From Eubacteriales bacterium (GTDB lineage Bacteria; Bacillota; Clostridia; Oscillospirales; CAG-272), in assembly GCA_045643725.1 (NCBI GenBank), contig JAZRFQ010000044.1, positions 5,136-69,135 of the forward strand: a stretch of DNA of 64,000 bases, given 5' to 3'. This document shows, one piece after another, positions 16,447 to 25,672 of the stretch. Every line of letters starts with the position of its first letter. Position 1 is the first letter of the stretch. The notes beneath the pieces are model-generated. The model was not told where the DNA came from. It saw only the letters and a list, made by a program, of their open reading frames with translations, and did not search any database. Both the position numbers and the translations under genes were made by a program.

Positions 16447-18714
16447 ATGACCAACCAGTATAACGTCAGTCAGCTTCAGAGGATCGCGCTTCGAATTCGC
16501 GAGATGCGCGAGATTTTCGGTTACAGCACCTCGAAGATGGCGGAGATGATAGATATCACCGAGGAGGTATATCTTTCTTACGAGTCGGGTGCGGTCGACC
16601 TACCCTTCACATTTATGCATAAGTGCGCCCAGGCCTTCGGCGTGGAGATCACCGATATTCTCGAGGGTCACAGCGCAAAGCTCTCGGGATATACCGTTAC
16701 CCGTAGAGGCGAGGGTCTCACTACCGCGAGCGAGGATGGCATTACCATTCAGGATATGGCACCTCTTTTCAGACATAAGCTGGCAACACCCTATTGGGTA
16801 ACCTATAAGTACTCCGAGGAGCTTCAGAGCCGTCCGATCAGCACGGTTACTCACGCAGGTCAGGAGTTCGATATGGTCGTCAAGGGTGCGATGCGCATCC
16901 GCATTGGCGATCACGAGGAGACTCTGCGCGAGGGCGACAGTATCTTCTTCAAGTCCTCCACACCTCACGGTATGATAGCCGTCGGCGGCGAGGACTGCGT
17001 GTTCCTTGCTATGGTCATGGCGAGCGATAGCACCGATCAGCCCATGTACGTTGGCGAGCCTACCAATACAAAGCAGACACAGCCTCTTCTTTGCGAGAAG
17101 TTCGTGAAGCCTGTAGAGAACGAGAACGGCGAGCTTCTTGACGTTCGCTTCTCCAATGAGGACAGATATAACTTCGCGTTCGATACCGTCGACGAGATAG
17201 CGCGTAAGTATCCCGACAAGCTCGCGATGCTCCACGTTGCAAACGATATGACCGAGCGCAGATTTACCTTTAAGGATATGAAGGAAGCCTCCTCGCAGAG
17301 CGCTAACTACTTCAAGTCCCTCGGCATCAAGCGCGGCGACAGAGTTATGCTCGTTCTCAAGAGACATTATCAGTTCTGGTTCGCAATACTCGGCCTTCAT
17401 AAGCTCGGCGCGATCGCAATTCCCGCGACCAATCAGCTCGTTGAGCACGATTTCACCTATCGCTTCGAGGCGGCAGGCGTCAGCGCGATACTCTGTACCG
17501 CAGACGGCGATACCGCGCGTCAGGTCGAGCTCGCAGAGGAGAAGAACGGTCTTTCGCTCACCAAGGTCATAGTCGGCGGCGAGAGGGAAGGATGGCACCA
17601 TTATGACAGCGAGTACGGTCTCTTCAGCCGCAGATATCTGCGCGAGCCCGATGCTCCCTGCGGAAACGATCCCATGCTTATGCTCTTTACCTCGGGCACG
17701 ACAGGCTATCCCAAGATGGCTATGCATTCCTACAAGTACGCACTCGGTCATTACGTGACCGCGAAATATTGGCACCGTTGCGAGCAGGACGGACTTCACT
17801 TCACGATTTCCGAGACCGGATGGGGCAAGGCTCTGTGGGGCAAGCTCTACGGTCAGTGGCTCTGCGAGGGCGGAGTATTCACCTATGACTTCGACAGATT
17901 TGACTCGTCGAAGATACTTCCCATGTTCGCAAAGTACGGTATAACCACCTTCTGTGCACCCCCTACGATGTACAGAATGCTTATCAAGCAGGATCTGGGC
18001 AACTACGATCTCTCGTCTATACGCCACGCGACAACAGCGGGCGAGGCGCTCAACCCCGAGGTCTTCTATCAGTTCGAGAAGGCTACTGGCCTGCGCATTG
18101 CCGAGGGCTTCGGACAGACCGAGATGACTCTCGGTATCGCAAATCTCGTTGGCACGAAGCTCAAGCCCGGCGCAATGGGTAAGCCCGTTCCCGGCTACGG
18201 CATCGACCTCGTCGATCCCGACGGGAAGCCGGTTGCCGACGGTGTCAACGGCGAGATCGTTATTCGCACCAAGCCGAAGAAGCATCCCGGCGTCTTCCTT
18301 GGCTATTATCTGAACGAGGATGCGACAAAGAACGCTTGGCACGACGGTCTCTATCACACAGGCGACGTTGCGTGGCGTGATGAGGACGGCTATTATTGGT
18401 ACGTAGGTCGCGCAGACGACGTCATCAAGTCCTCGGGCTACAGAATCGGCCCGTTCGAGATAGAGTCCACCATTATGGAGCTTCCTTACGTGCTTGTGTG
18501 CGGTGTTTGCGCCGCGCCCGACGAGGTAAGAGGTCAGGTCGTCAAGGCTTGCATCGTTCTCGTTCCCGGAGTGGAGGCTACTGACGAGCTCAGACGCGAT
18601 ATTCAGAATTACGTCAAGCAGCATACCGCGCCCTACAAGTATCCGAGAATAGTTGAGTTCCGCACCGAGCTTCCCAAGACTATAAGCGGAAAGATCATGA
18701 GAAATAAGCTTTAA
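16447..18714 (+). CDS. Fusion protein: XRE-type HTH + cupin domain (N) + AMP-forming medium-chain-type acyl-CoA ligase (C)
   Basis: 755 aa. The first about 70 aa are HTH_3-like (..FGYSTSKMAEMIDITEEVYLSYESG..). Next comes a cupin (..HAGQEFDMVVKGAMRIRIGDHEETLREGDSIFFKSSTPHGM..). ANL motifs follow: FTSGTTGYPKMAMH, YHTGDVAWRDEDGYYWYVGRADDVIKSSGYRIGPFEIES and PKTISGKIMR. Confidence 0.85.
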   Translation: MTNQYNVSQLQRIALRIREMREIFGYSTSKMAEMIDITEEVYLSYESGAVDLPFTFMHKCAQAFGVEITDILEGHSAKLSGYTVTRRGEGLTTASEDGITIQDMAPLFRHKLATPYWVTYKYSEELQSRPISTVTHAGQEFDMVVKGAMRIRIGDHEETLREGDSIFFKSSTPHGMIAVGGEDCVFLAMVMASDSTDQPMYVGEPTNTKQTQPLLCEKFVKPVENENGELLDVRFSNEDRYNFAFDTVDEIARKYPDKLAMLHVANDMTERRFTFKDMKEASSQSANYFKSLGIKRGDRVMLVLKRHYQFWFAILGLHKLGAIAIPATNQLVEHDFTYRFEAAGVSAILCTADGDTARQVELAEEKNGLSLTKVIVGGEREGWHHYDSEYGLFSRRYLREPDAPCGNDPMLMLFTSGTTGYPKMAMHSYKYALGHYVTAKYWHRCEQDGLHFTISETGWGKALWGKLYGQWLCEGGVFTYDFDRFDSSKILPMFAKYGITTFCAPPTMYRMLIKQDLGNYDLSSIRHATTAGEALNPEVFYQFEKATGLRIAEGFGQTEMTLGIANLVGTKLKPGAMGKPVPGYGIDLVDPDGKPVADGVNGEIVIRTKPKKHPGVFLGYYLNEDATKNAWHDGLYHTGDVAWRDEDGYYWYVGRADDVIKSSGYRIGPFEIESTIMELPYVLVCGVCAAPDEVRGQVVKACIVLVPGVEATDELRRDIQNYVKQHTAPYKYPRIVEFRTELPKTISGKIMRNKL

Positions 18715-18769
18715 TGGGCAAAAAACACAAAATACCCCCTAACCGTGTTAAATATTTACTGAAAAAGTA

Positions 18770-18799
18770 TTGACAAGCACAGTTGTAATTGAGTATAAT
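18770..18799 (+). promoter_or_regulatory. Internal sigma-A promoter ahead of the second ligase paralog
   Basis: TTGACA, 18 nt, TATAAT in the 162-nt gap. Confidence 0.55.
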
Positions 18800-18876
18800 A
18801 TCTCTATTAATTAAAATTTTTAGGACAAAATCCGCGCACTCTCGACAGAGACCGCGGAGCATCCAATACATACGAG

Positions 18877-21156
18877 GTGGTTTCGGCGATGGACGGAATG
18901 AAGGACAAACTTAATCAAATAGCGGCGCGAATCAAGGAGCTCCGTATCGTTACGGGACTTACCGTCGAGGAGATGGCGGCCCGTACCGGCATTACCGTAG
19001 AGGAGTACGAGCAGTGTGAGGCAGGCAACCGCAATCTCAGCGTAGCCTTTCTTTATCATTGTACCCTCAGCTTCGGCGTCGATCTCGGAGATCTTCTCGA
19101 GGGTAAGAGCCCGAAGCTCCGTCAGTATGCTCTGACTCGTCGCGGCGGCGGTCAGCGCATCGAGGAAGCGCACAATATGATAGGCTTCAACCTCGCGGCA
19201 GAGTTCCGTAACCGTATTGCTCTTCCGCTTTATATGGAGCTTTCCTATAACGGTGACGAGGAGAATATCGAGCTCGTGACTCACGAGGGTCAGGAGTGCG
19301 ATATCGTCATCAAGGGACATATGAAGATACGCATCGGCGAGAAGACCGAGATCCTCGGCCCCGGCGACTGTATTTACTTCGACTCGGGTACACCCCACGG
19401 CATGATAGCCGTTGGCGGCGAGGATTGTAGCTTCTATGCCATCGTCCTCAGAAACCAGGCGGCAAGACTTGGCGAGCAGGGCGCAGTTCCCTCGGTCGCT
19501 ACCAAGAGATATGCCGACGATGCAGGCAGCCGTATTTATCAGGACTTCATCATTCCCACCGAGGAGGGCGGAATTCTCAAGAAGATCGCCTTCAAGAACG
19601 AGGACAAGTTCAACTTCGCCTTCGACGTAGTCGACGAGCTTGGAAAGCGCAAGCCGGATAAGCTTGCGATGCTCCACGTCAGCGAGGATGGCACCGAGCA
19701 CAGATTTACCTTCAGCGATATCAAGAAGGAGTCGGCAAGAGCCGCAAATTACTTCAAGTCTCTCGGCATCAAGCGCGGCGACAGAGTAATGCTCATTCTC
19801 ACACGCCACTATCAGTATTGGTTCTCGGTCATCGGCTTACATAAGCTCGGCGCGATAGCAATCCCTGCACCCAACCAGCTTCTTGAGAAGGATCTCAAGT
19901 ACAGATTCGAGGCAGGAAACGTCAAGGCTATTCTTTGCACCGCGGACGGCGAGGTCTCGAGCGAGGTAGAGCGCGCGGCAGAGCAGTGCCCGAATCTTGC
20001 TCACAAGATACTCGTGGGCGGCGCTCGCGAGGGTTGGCACAGCTTCGATGAAGAGTACAGCCTCTTCAGCAGTCACTATGCACGCACTGAGGATGCTCCC
20101 TGCGGCAACGATCCGATGCTGATGTTCTTCACGTCGGGCACGTCGGGATATCCCAAGATCGCGGCGCATAACTATAAATATCCTCTCGGTCACTTCATTA
20201 CCGCGAAGTATTGGCATCAGGTCAACTCCGAGGGACTTCACTTCACGATTTCGGATACCGGCTGGGCAAAGTCCATGTGGGGTAAGCTCTACGGCCAGTG
20301 GCTCTGCGAGGCGGCGATCTTCGTCTATGACTTCGACAGATTCACTCCCGAGAACATACTTCCTATGTTTGCAAAGTACGGCATCACCACGTTCTGTGCA
20401 CCTCCTACGATGTACAGAATGCTTATCAAGCAGGATCTCTCGAGATTCGACCTCTCGACTATAGAGCACGCGTCCACCGCGGGCGAGGCTCTCAATCCCG
20501 AGGTATTCCGTCAGTTCGAGAAGCACACCGGTCTTCAGATCATGGAGGGCTTCGGTCAGTCCGAGAGCACTCTTATCATCGGTAACCTCTCGGGCGACAG
20601 TCACAAGATGGGCTCTATGGGTAAGCCCGTGCCTCTCTACAAGGTTCGTCTGCTTGATGCCGACGGCGCAGAGGTTGCACGCGGTGAGACGGGTGAGATC
20701 TGTATCGACATCTCGGGGGGCCTACCCTGCGGTCTTGCGTATGCCTACGATGCGAACGAGGAGGTCACCGCACAGACCTGGCGCGACGGTTATTATCACA
20801 CCGGCGACGTTGCCTGGATGGACGAGGACGGCTTCCTTTGGTACGTTGGACGAGTTGACGACGTTATTAAGTCCTCGGGCTACAGAATCGGTCCCTTCGA
20901 GATCGAGAACGTTATTATGGAGCTTCCCTACGTTCTTGAGTGCGGTGTATCCGCCGCTCCCGACGAGGTCAGAGGTCAGGTCGTTAAGGCGAGCATAGTT
21001 CTCGTAAACGGCTTCAAGGGCACCGACGAGCTCAAGCGTGAGATCCAGAACTACGTCAAGTCGAGAACCGCACCCTATAAGTACCCGAGAATTATCGAGT
21101 TCCGCGACAGTCTTCCTAAGACCACAAGCGGCAAGATCATCAGAAAACAGCTGTAA
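18877..21156 (+). CDS. Second XRE-HTH + cupin + AMP-forming acyl-CoA ligase fusion (paralog of 16447..18714)
   Basis: 759 aa with the same three-module architecture and ANL motifs (FTSGTSGYPKIAAH, ..GRVDDVIKSSGYRIGPFEIEN.., PKTTSGKIIR). The start may be the ATG at 18889, 11 nt after GAGG, rather than the GTG at 18877. Confidence 0.85.
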   Translation: MVSAMDGMKDKLNQIAARIKELRIVTGLTVEEMAARTGITVEEYEQCEAGNRNLSVAFLYHCTLSFGVDLGDLLEGKSPKLRQYALTRRGGGQRIEEAHNMIGFNLAAEFRNRIALPLYMELSYNGDEENIELVTHEGQECDIVIKGHMKIRIGEKTEILGPGDCIYFDSGTPHGMIAVGGEDCSFYAIVLRNQAARLGEQGAVPSVATKRYADDAGSRIYQDFIIPTEEGGILKKIAFKNEDKFNFAFDVVDELGKRKPDKLAMLHVSEDGTEHRFTFSDIKKESARAANYFKSLGIKRGDRVMLILTRHYQYWFSVIGLHKLGAIAIPAPNQLLEKDLKYRFEAGNVKAILCTADGEVSSEVERAAEQCPNLAHKILVGGAREGWHSFDEEYSLFSSHYARTEDAPCGNDPMLMFFTSGTSGYPKIAAHNYKYPLGHFITAKYWHQVNSEGLHFTISDTGWAKSMWGKLYGQWLCEAAIFVYDFDRFTPENILPMFAKYGITTFCAPPTMYRMLIKQDLSRFDLSTIEHASTAGEALNPEVFRQFEKHTGLQIMEGFGQSESTLIIGNLSGDSHKMGSMGKPVPLYKVRLLDADGAEVARGETGEICIDISGGLPCGLAYAYDANEEVTAQTWRDGYYHTGDVAWMDEDGFLWYVGRVDDVIKSSGYRIGPFEIENVIMELPYVLECGVSAAPDEVRGQVVKASIVLVNGFKGTDELKREIQNYVKSRTAPYKYPRIIEFRDSLPKTTSGKIIRKQL

Positions 21157-21186
21157 AAGATTGCACCTCGGTGCAGAGAAAAATAT

Positions 21187-21849
21187 ATGAAAACAGATTC
21201 TAAAAGACTAACGCTCTTCGCAGGTCATTACGGAAGCGGCAAGACGAATATTGCCGTCAACTACGCCTACAAGCTGGCAAGAGAGGGAAAGCGGGTCTGC
21301 ATTGCCGATCTCGACATTGTAAATCCCTACTTCAGAACCAAGGATAGCGAGGCAGAGCTTGAGGCTCTCGGCATTCGCCTTGTTTCGCCCCAATATGCCA
21401 ACACGAACGTGGATCTTCCGGCACTTCCCGCAGAGAGCTACAGATTAGTACAGGATAAATCAACCTACGGAATTATGGACATCGGCGGCGATGACAGAGG
21501 TGCTTACGCTCTCGGTCGCTTTGCCGATGCTATAAAGAGCGAGGACGATTACCGTATGGCATTCGTCGTTAACTGCTACCGTCCCATGACGGCAACGGTG
21601 GAGGATGCCGTAGAGATAATGAGAGAGATCGAGGCGGCCTGCGGCATTCGCTTTAACTGCATCGTCAACAACTCTAATCTCGGTGAGGAGACCACCTCGG
21701 CGACCGTTCGCGATTCGCTCGATTTCGTAGATCGCCTCAGCCAAGCTACCGGACTTGAGATCTGGATGCACACGGCAGAGGAGTCGGTGGCAGAGGAGCT
21801 TTCTGAGCTTTCCGTTATGCCTCTTTCGCTTCAAAAGAAGAAATTTTAA
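21187..21849 (+). CDS. P-loop NTPase (SIMIBI-class, MinD/GPN-like), function unknown
   Basis: 220 aa. Walker A GHYGSGKTN, then ..CIADLDIVNPYF.. and ..MDIGGDD... It sits between the ligase and oxidoreductase genes. Confidence 0.65.
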   Translation: MKTDSKRLTLFAGHYGSGKTNIAVNYAYKLAREGKRVCIADLDIVNPYFRTKDSEAELEALGIRLVSPQYANTNVDLPALPAESYRLVQDKSTYGIMDIGGDDRGAYALGRFADAIKSEDDYRMAFVVNCYRPMTATVEDAVEIMREIEAACGIRFNCIVNNSNLGEETTSATVRDSLDFVDRLSQATGLEIWMHTAEESVAEELSELSVMPLSLQKKKF

Positions 21850-21896
21850 CTTGCGCGGCAGATGAGCCACCGTGAGTTTGAAAAAGGAGAATATAA

Positions 21897-22103
21897 ATGG
21901 CAAAGGTAACGTTTAATACCGATATGTGCAAGGGCTGTGGACTTTGCGTTGACGCGTGTCCGAAGAGCTGCCTTGCAATCGCAGATGACAGACTTAATCA
22001 GAAGGGATACTCTCCCGCTTATATGAAGGAGAGCGAGAAGTGTATCGGCTGTGCCTTCTGTGCTACTATGTGTCCCGATTGTATAATCACCGTAGAGAAA
22101 TAA
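21897..22103 (+). CDS. 2-oxoacid:ferredoxin oxidoreductase delta subunit (2x[4Fe-4S] ferredoxin)
   Basis: 68 aa with CKGCGLCVDACP and CIGCAFCATMCP. Confidence 0.9.
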   Translation: MAKVTFNTDMCKGCGLCVDACPKSCLAIADDRLNQKGYSPAYMKESEKCIGCAFCATMCPDCIITVEK

Positions 22104-22113
22104 GGAGGTTGCT

Positions 22114-23175
22114 ATGGCTGACAGAATTTTAATGAAGGGTAACGAGGCTATCGCAGAGGCCGCGATCCGTGCGGGCTGCCGTCACTACTTCGGTTATCCT
22201 ATCACTCCCCAGACAGAGATCGCCGCTTATATGGCAAAGAAGATGCCCAAGATCGGCGGAGTATTCCTTCAGGCAGAGAGCGAGATCGCATCTATAAATA
22301 TGGTTTACGGCGCAGCTGCGGCAGGTATGCGCGTTATGACCTCATCCTCGAGCCCCGGAATTTCGCTTAAGACCGAGGGACTCAGCTACATAGCAGGCTC
22401 CGACGTTCCTGCACTCGTTGTTAACGTACAGCGCGGCGGCCCCGGACTCGGCGGCATTCAGCCCTCCCAGTCTGATTACTTCCAGGCGACGAAGGGCGGC
22501 GGTCACGGTGACTACCGTATGATCGTTCTTGCGCCCGCATCGGTTCAGGAGATGGCGAGCCTTACTATCAAGGGCTTTGATCTCGCTGACAAGTATAATA
22601 TGACCTCTATGATCCTCGCAGACGGTACCATCGGTCAGATGATGGAGCCCATCACCTTCGAGGACGCCGAGATCAAGACCTATGAGAAGCCCTGGGCTCT
22701 CACAGGTACCGAGAAGAAGCGTGCTCACAACATAGTTAACTCTCTTTACCTCAAGCCCGATGAGCTTGAGAAAAAGAACTTTGAGCGCTTTGAGAAGTAC
22801 GCCGAGATCGAGAAGACCGAGGCAATGTGGGAGAACTATATGACCGAGGACGCAGAGATCTGCGTTGTAGCCTTCGGTATTGCCGCACGCGTTGCCAAGA
22901 ACGCCGTTGCCGCGGCAAGAGCAGAGGGCATCAAGGTCGGTCTTATCCGCCCCATCACCCTTTGGCCCTTCCCCAACGCCGCATTCGATGCGGTAAAGAA
23001 TGCAAAGGCATTCATCTCGGTAGAGCTCAGTATGGGACAGATGATCGAGGACGTGAAGCTTGCTAGCAAGTGTCAGAAGCCCGTCTCTCTTTGCAACCGC
23101 TCGGGCGGTATGATCCCCTCGCCCGATGAGGTTCTCGAGGCTATAAGAAATGCAGCGAAAGGAGTGAATGAATAA
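22114..23175 (+). CDS. vorB: 2-oxoacid:ferredoxin oxidoreductase alpha subunit (VorB/KorA-type)
   Basis: 353 aa. N-terminus ..[30 protein letters not shown].. is typical of this subunit. The branched-chain (VOR) assignment rests on the four-subunit layout and the adjacent ilvE. Confidence 0.8.
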   Translation: MADRILMKGNEAIAEAAIRAGCRHYFGYPITPQTEIAAYMAKKMPKIGGVFLQAESEIASINMVYGAAAAGMRVMTSSSSPGISLKTEGLSYIAGSDVPALVVNVQRGGPGLGGIQPSQSDYFQATKGGGHGDYRMIVLAPASVQEMASLTIKGFDLADKYNMTSMILADGTIGQMMEPITFEDAEIKTYEKPWALTGTEKKRAHNIVNSLYLKPDELEKKNFERFEKYAEIEKTEAMWENYMTEDAEICVVAFGIAARVAKNAVAAARAEGIKVGLIRPITLWPFPNAAFDAVKNAKAFISVELSMGQMIEDVKLASKCQKPVSLCNRSGGMIPSPDEVLEAIRNAAKGVNE

Positions 23176-23927
23176 TGGCAACCGTATTTGAAAAACCTAA
23201 ATCCTTAACAGACACTCCGTTCCATTACTGTCCCGGATGTCCCCACGGTATAATCCACCGCCTCGTTGCAGAGGTTATGGATGAGCTTGATATCGAGGGT
23301 AAGGCAATCGGCGTTGCACCCGTAGGATGCGCCGTTATGGCGTACGATTACTTCGCTTGCGATATGATCGAGGCTCCTCACGGCAGAGCACCCGCTGTTG
23401 CTACCGGCATCAAGCGCTGCCGCCCCGATAACGTCGTATTCACCTATCAGGGTGACGGCGACCTTGCGTCTATCGGTATGGCAGAGACGGTTCATTCAGC
23501 GGCAAGAAACGAGAACATCACGGTTATCTTCGTAAACAACGCGATCTACGGTATGACCGGCGGTCAGATGGCTCCTACCAGCCTTCCCGGTCAGGTTACC
23601 CAGACCTCTCCCTACGGCCGTGACGACAAGCACTGCGGTTGGTCCATTAAGGGCAGCGAGATGCTCGCAACCCTCGAGGGCCCCGAGTACATCGCACGCG
23701 TAGCGGTAAACAACGTAAAGAACGTCAAGAACGCCAAGAAGGCTATCAAGAAGGCCTTTGAGAATCAGATAGCAGGAAAGGGCTTCTCTCTCGTAGAGGT
23801 CGTTTCCGCCTGCCCCACCAACTGGGGCATGACTCCCAAGGCGGCACTCGAGTGGATAGAGAGCGATATGCTTCCTTACTATCCCATCGGAGTATACAAG
23901 GACAGAAGCGCAGGGGAGGAGAAGTAA
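23175..23927 (+). CDS. 2-oxoacid:ferredoxin oxidoreductase beta subunit (TPP-binding)
   Basis: 250 aa with ..YCPGCPHG.. and the TPP motif ..[19 protein letters not shown]; ATGA-type overlap with the alpha subunit. Confidence 0.85.
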   Translation: MATVFEKPKSLTDTPFHYCPGCPHGIIHRLVAEVMDELDIEGKAIGVAPVGCAVMAYDYFACDMIEAPHGRAPAVATGIKRCRPDNVVFTYQGDGDLASIGMAETVHSAARNENITVIFVNNAIYGMTGGQMAPTSLPGQVTQTSPYGRDDKHCGWSIKGSEMLATLEGPEYIARVAVNNVKNVKNAKKAIKKAFENQIAGKGFSLVEVVSACPTNWGMTPKAALEWIESDMLPYYPIGVYKDRSAGEEK

Positions 23928-23928
23928 T

Positions 23929-24468
23929 ATGAAGACAACACAGATCCTCATCGCCGGCTTCGGCGGACAGGGAATACTCTTCTCGGGTAAGTTCCTCGCT
24001 TACAAGGGACTGACCGAGGAGCTTCAGGTATCCTGGCTTCCCTCGTACGGCCCCGAGATGCGTGGCGGTACTGCAAACTGTAACGTAATTCTCTCGGACG
24101 ATCCCGTTGGCTCGCCCATTATCACCGCACCCGACGTTCTTATCGCTATGAACCTGCCCTCGCTTCAGAAGTACGTTAATTCTGTTGTAGCAGGCGGTCA
24201 GATATACGTTGACTCCTCTCTTATCGACGTCAAGGTCGAGAGAGACGACGTTCAGGTGTTCTACATTCCCGCAACTCAGATGGCGAAGGATGCAGGCATC
24301 GCTACTCTCGCGAATATGATCATCATCGGTCACCTTCTCGAGAATCATCCCGAGCTTTCCTTCGACGGCGTTGACGTGGTTGTTGATAGCCTTGTGCCTC
24401 CCAAGAAGGCGGCGCTCAAGGAGCTCAACATTAAGGCACTCACTCTCGGTAAGAACTACAACAAATAA
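23929..24468 (+). CDS. 2-oxoacid:ferredoxin oxidoreductase gamma subunit
   Basis: 179 aa; ..[29 protein letters not shown].. is typical of the gamma subunit. Confidence 0.85.
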   Translation: MKTTQILIAGFGGQGILFSGKFLAYKGLTEELQVSWLPSYGPEMRGGTANCNVILSDDPVGSPIITAPDVLIAMNLPSLQKYVNSVVAGGQIYVDSSLIDVKVERDDVQVFYIPATQMAKDAGIATLANMIIIGHLLENHPELSFDGVDVVVDSLVPPKKAALKELNIKALTLGKNYNK

Positions 24469-24522
24469 AAAATGCGCCCACCTGACGTCAAGCGGTGCGG
24501 CACTTATAAAACGGAGACAATT

Positions 24523-25548
24523 ATGGAAAAGAAAAATATCGACTGGGCTTCTCTCGGCTTCGGCTATATGGAGACCGACTACAGCTACGTTTCCTACTAC
24601 AAGGACGGCAAGTGGGATGACGGCGCTCTTACCGCCGAGCACACCGTAACTCTCAACGAGTGTGCTTGCGTGTTCCAGTACGCGCAGACCTGCTTCGAGG
24701 GACTCAAGGCATACACCACCGAGGACGGCAGAATCGTTACCTTCCGCCCCGACCTCAATGCACAGCGTATGGCTGACTCTGCAGAAAGACTCAGAATGCC
24801 CGTATTCCCCGTGGAGAGATTCATCGAGGCGGTTAAGATGGTCGTAAAGGCTAACGCCGCATACGTCCCCCCCTTCGGCTCGGGCGCAACTCTCTATATC
24901 AGGCCCTATATGATGGGAACCAACGCGGTTATCGGCGTTAAGCCTGCAACCGAGTATATGTTCCGTATTCTCGTAACTCCCGTAGGCCCTTACTTCAAGG
25001 GCGGCGTTAAGCCTCTTACCGTAAGACTTTCCGACCTTGACCGCGCCGCTCCTCACGGAACAGGTCACATCAAGGCAGGTCTTAACTACGCGATGAGCCT
25101 TTACAACATCGTTGAGGCTCACGAGCTCGGCTACGACGAGAACATCTACCTTGATGCCGCAACTCACACCAACATCGAGGAGACCGGCGGCGCTAACGTC
25201 CTCTTCGTTACCAAGGACGGCGGAGTTGCAACTCCCAAGTCTGATACCATTCTCCCCTCCATTACACGTCGTTCTCTTATGGTAGTTGCCAGCGATTACC
25301 TCGGACTCAAGGCAGAGGAGAGAGTTATCTCCAAGGACGAGCTTGACAGCTTTGCCGAGTGTGGCCTTTGCGGTACTGCGGCCGTTATCTCTCCCGTTGG
25401 TAAGATCGTTGACCACGGTCGCGAGATCTGCTTCCCCGCAGGTATGACCGAGATGGGCCCTGTTACCAAGAAGCTTTACGAGACGCTTACCGGTATCCAG
25501 ATGGGACGCATCGAGGCTCCCGAGGGATGGATCGTTGAGATCAAGTAA
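24523..25548 (+). CDS. ilvE: Branched-chain-amino-acid aminotransferase (class IV)
   Basis: I chose the start at MEKKNIDW (GGAG 6 nt upstream) rather than the ORF-track 24472. ..FEGLKAY..DGRIVTFRPD.N..R...S..RL.MP.. and the length match IlvE. Confidence 0.85.
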   Translation: MEKKNIDWASLGFGYMETDYSYVSYYKDGKWDDGALTAEHTVTLNECACVFQYAQTCFEGLKAYTTEDGRIVTFRPDLNAQRMADSAERLRMPVFPVERFIEAVKMVVKANAAYVPPFGSGATLYIRPYMMGTNAVIGVKPATEYMFRILVTPVGPYFKGGVKPLTVRLSDLDRAAPHGTGHIKAGLNYAMSLYNIVEAHELGYDENIYLDAATHTNIEETGGANVLFVTKDGGVATPKSDTILPSITRRSLMVVASDYLGLKAEERVISKDELDSFAECGLCGTAAVISPVGKIVDHGREICFPAGMTEMGPVTKKLYETLTGIQMGRIEAPEGWIVEIK

Positions 25549-25570
25549 TCAAAATCTACAATAAAAAACA

Positions 25571-25615
25571 AGAGCCAGGCTAAACGCGGAAAAAGCATTA
25601 GCTTGGCTCTTTTTA
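25571..25615. terminator. rho-independent terminator closing the ligase-VOR-ilvE operon
   Basis: 12-bp stem agagccaggcta..tagcttggctct followed by a T-run. Confidence 0.75.
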
Positions 25616-25672
25616 TATCCTCTCGAAAAAATCGTTTTGTAAACAAAAGTTTACACGAATAGCGAGGGTGTG

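Noticed and set aside
16600-20604. Minus-strand ORFs 16600..18624 (674 aa), 18820..19809 and 19837..20604, antisense to the two ligase genes
   Set aside because: The sense strand carries complete ANL, HTH and cupin motifs, whereas the antisense products are featureless.
23746-25416. 556-aa minus-strand ORF across the VOR gamma and ilvE genes
   Set aside because: It spans two real genes and their intergenic gap on the opposite strand and has no motifs.
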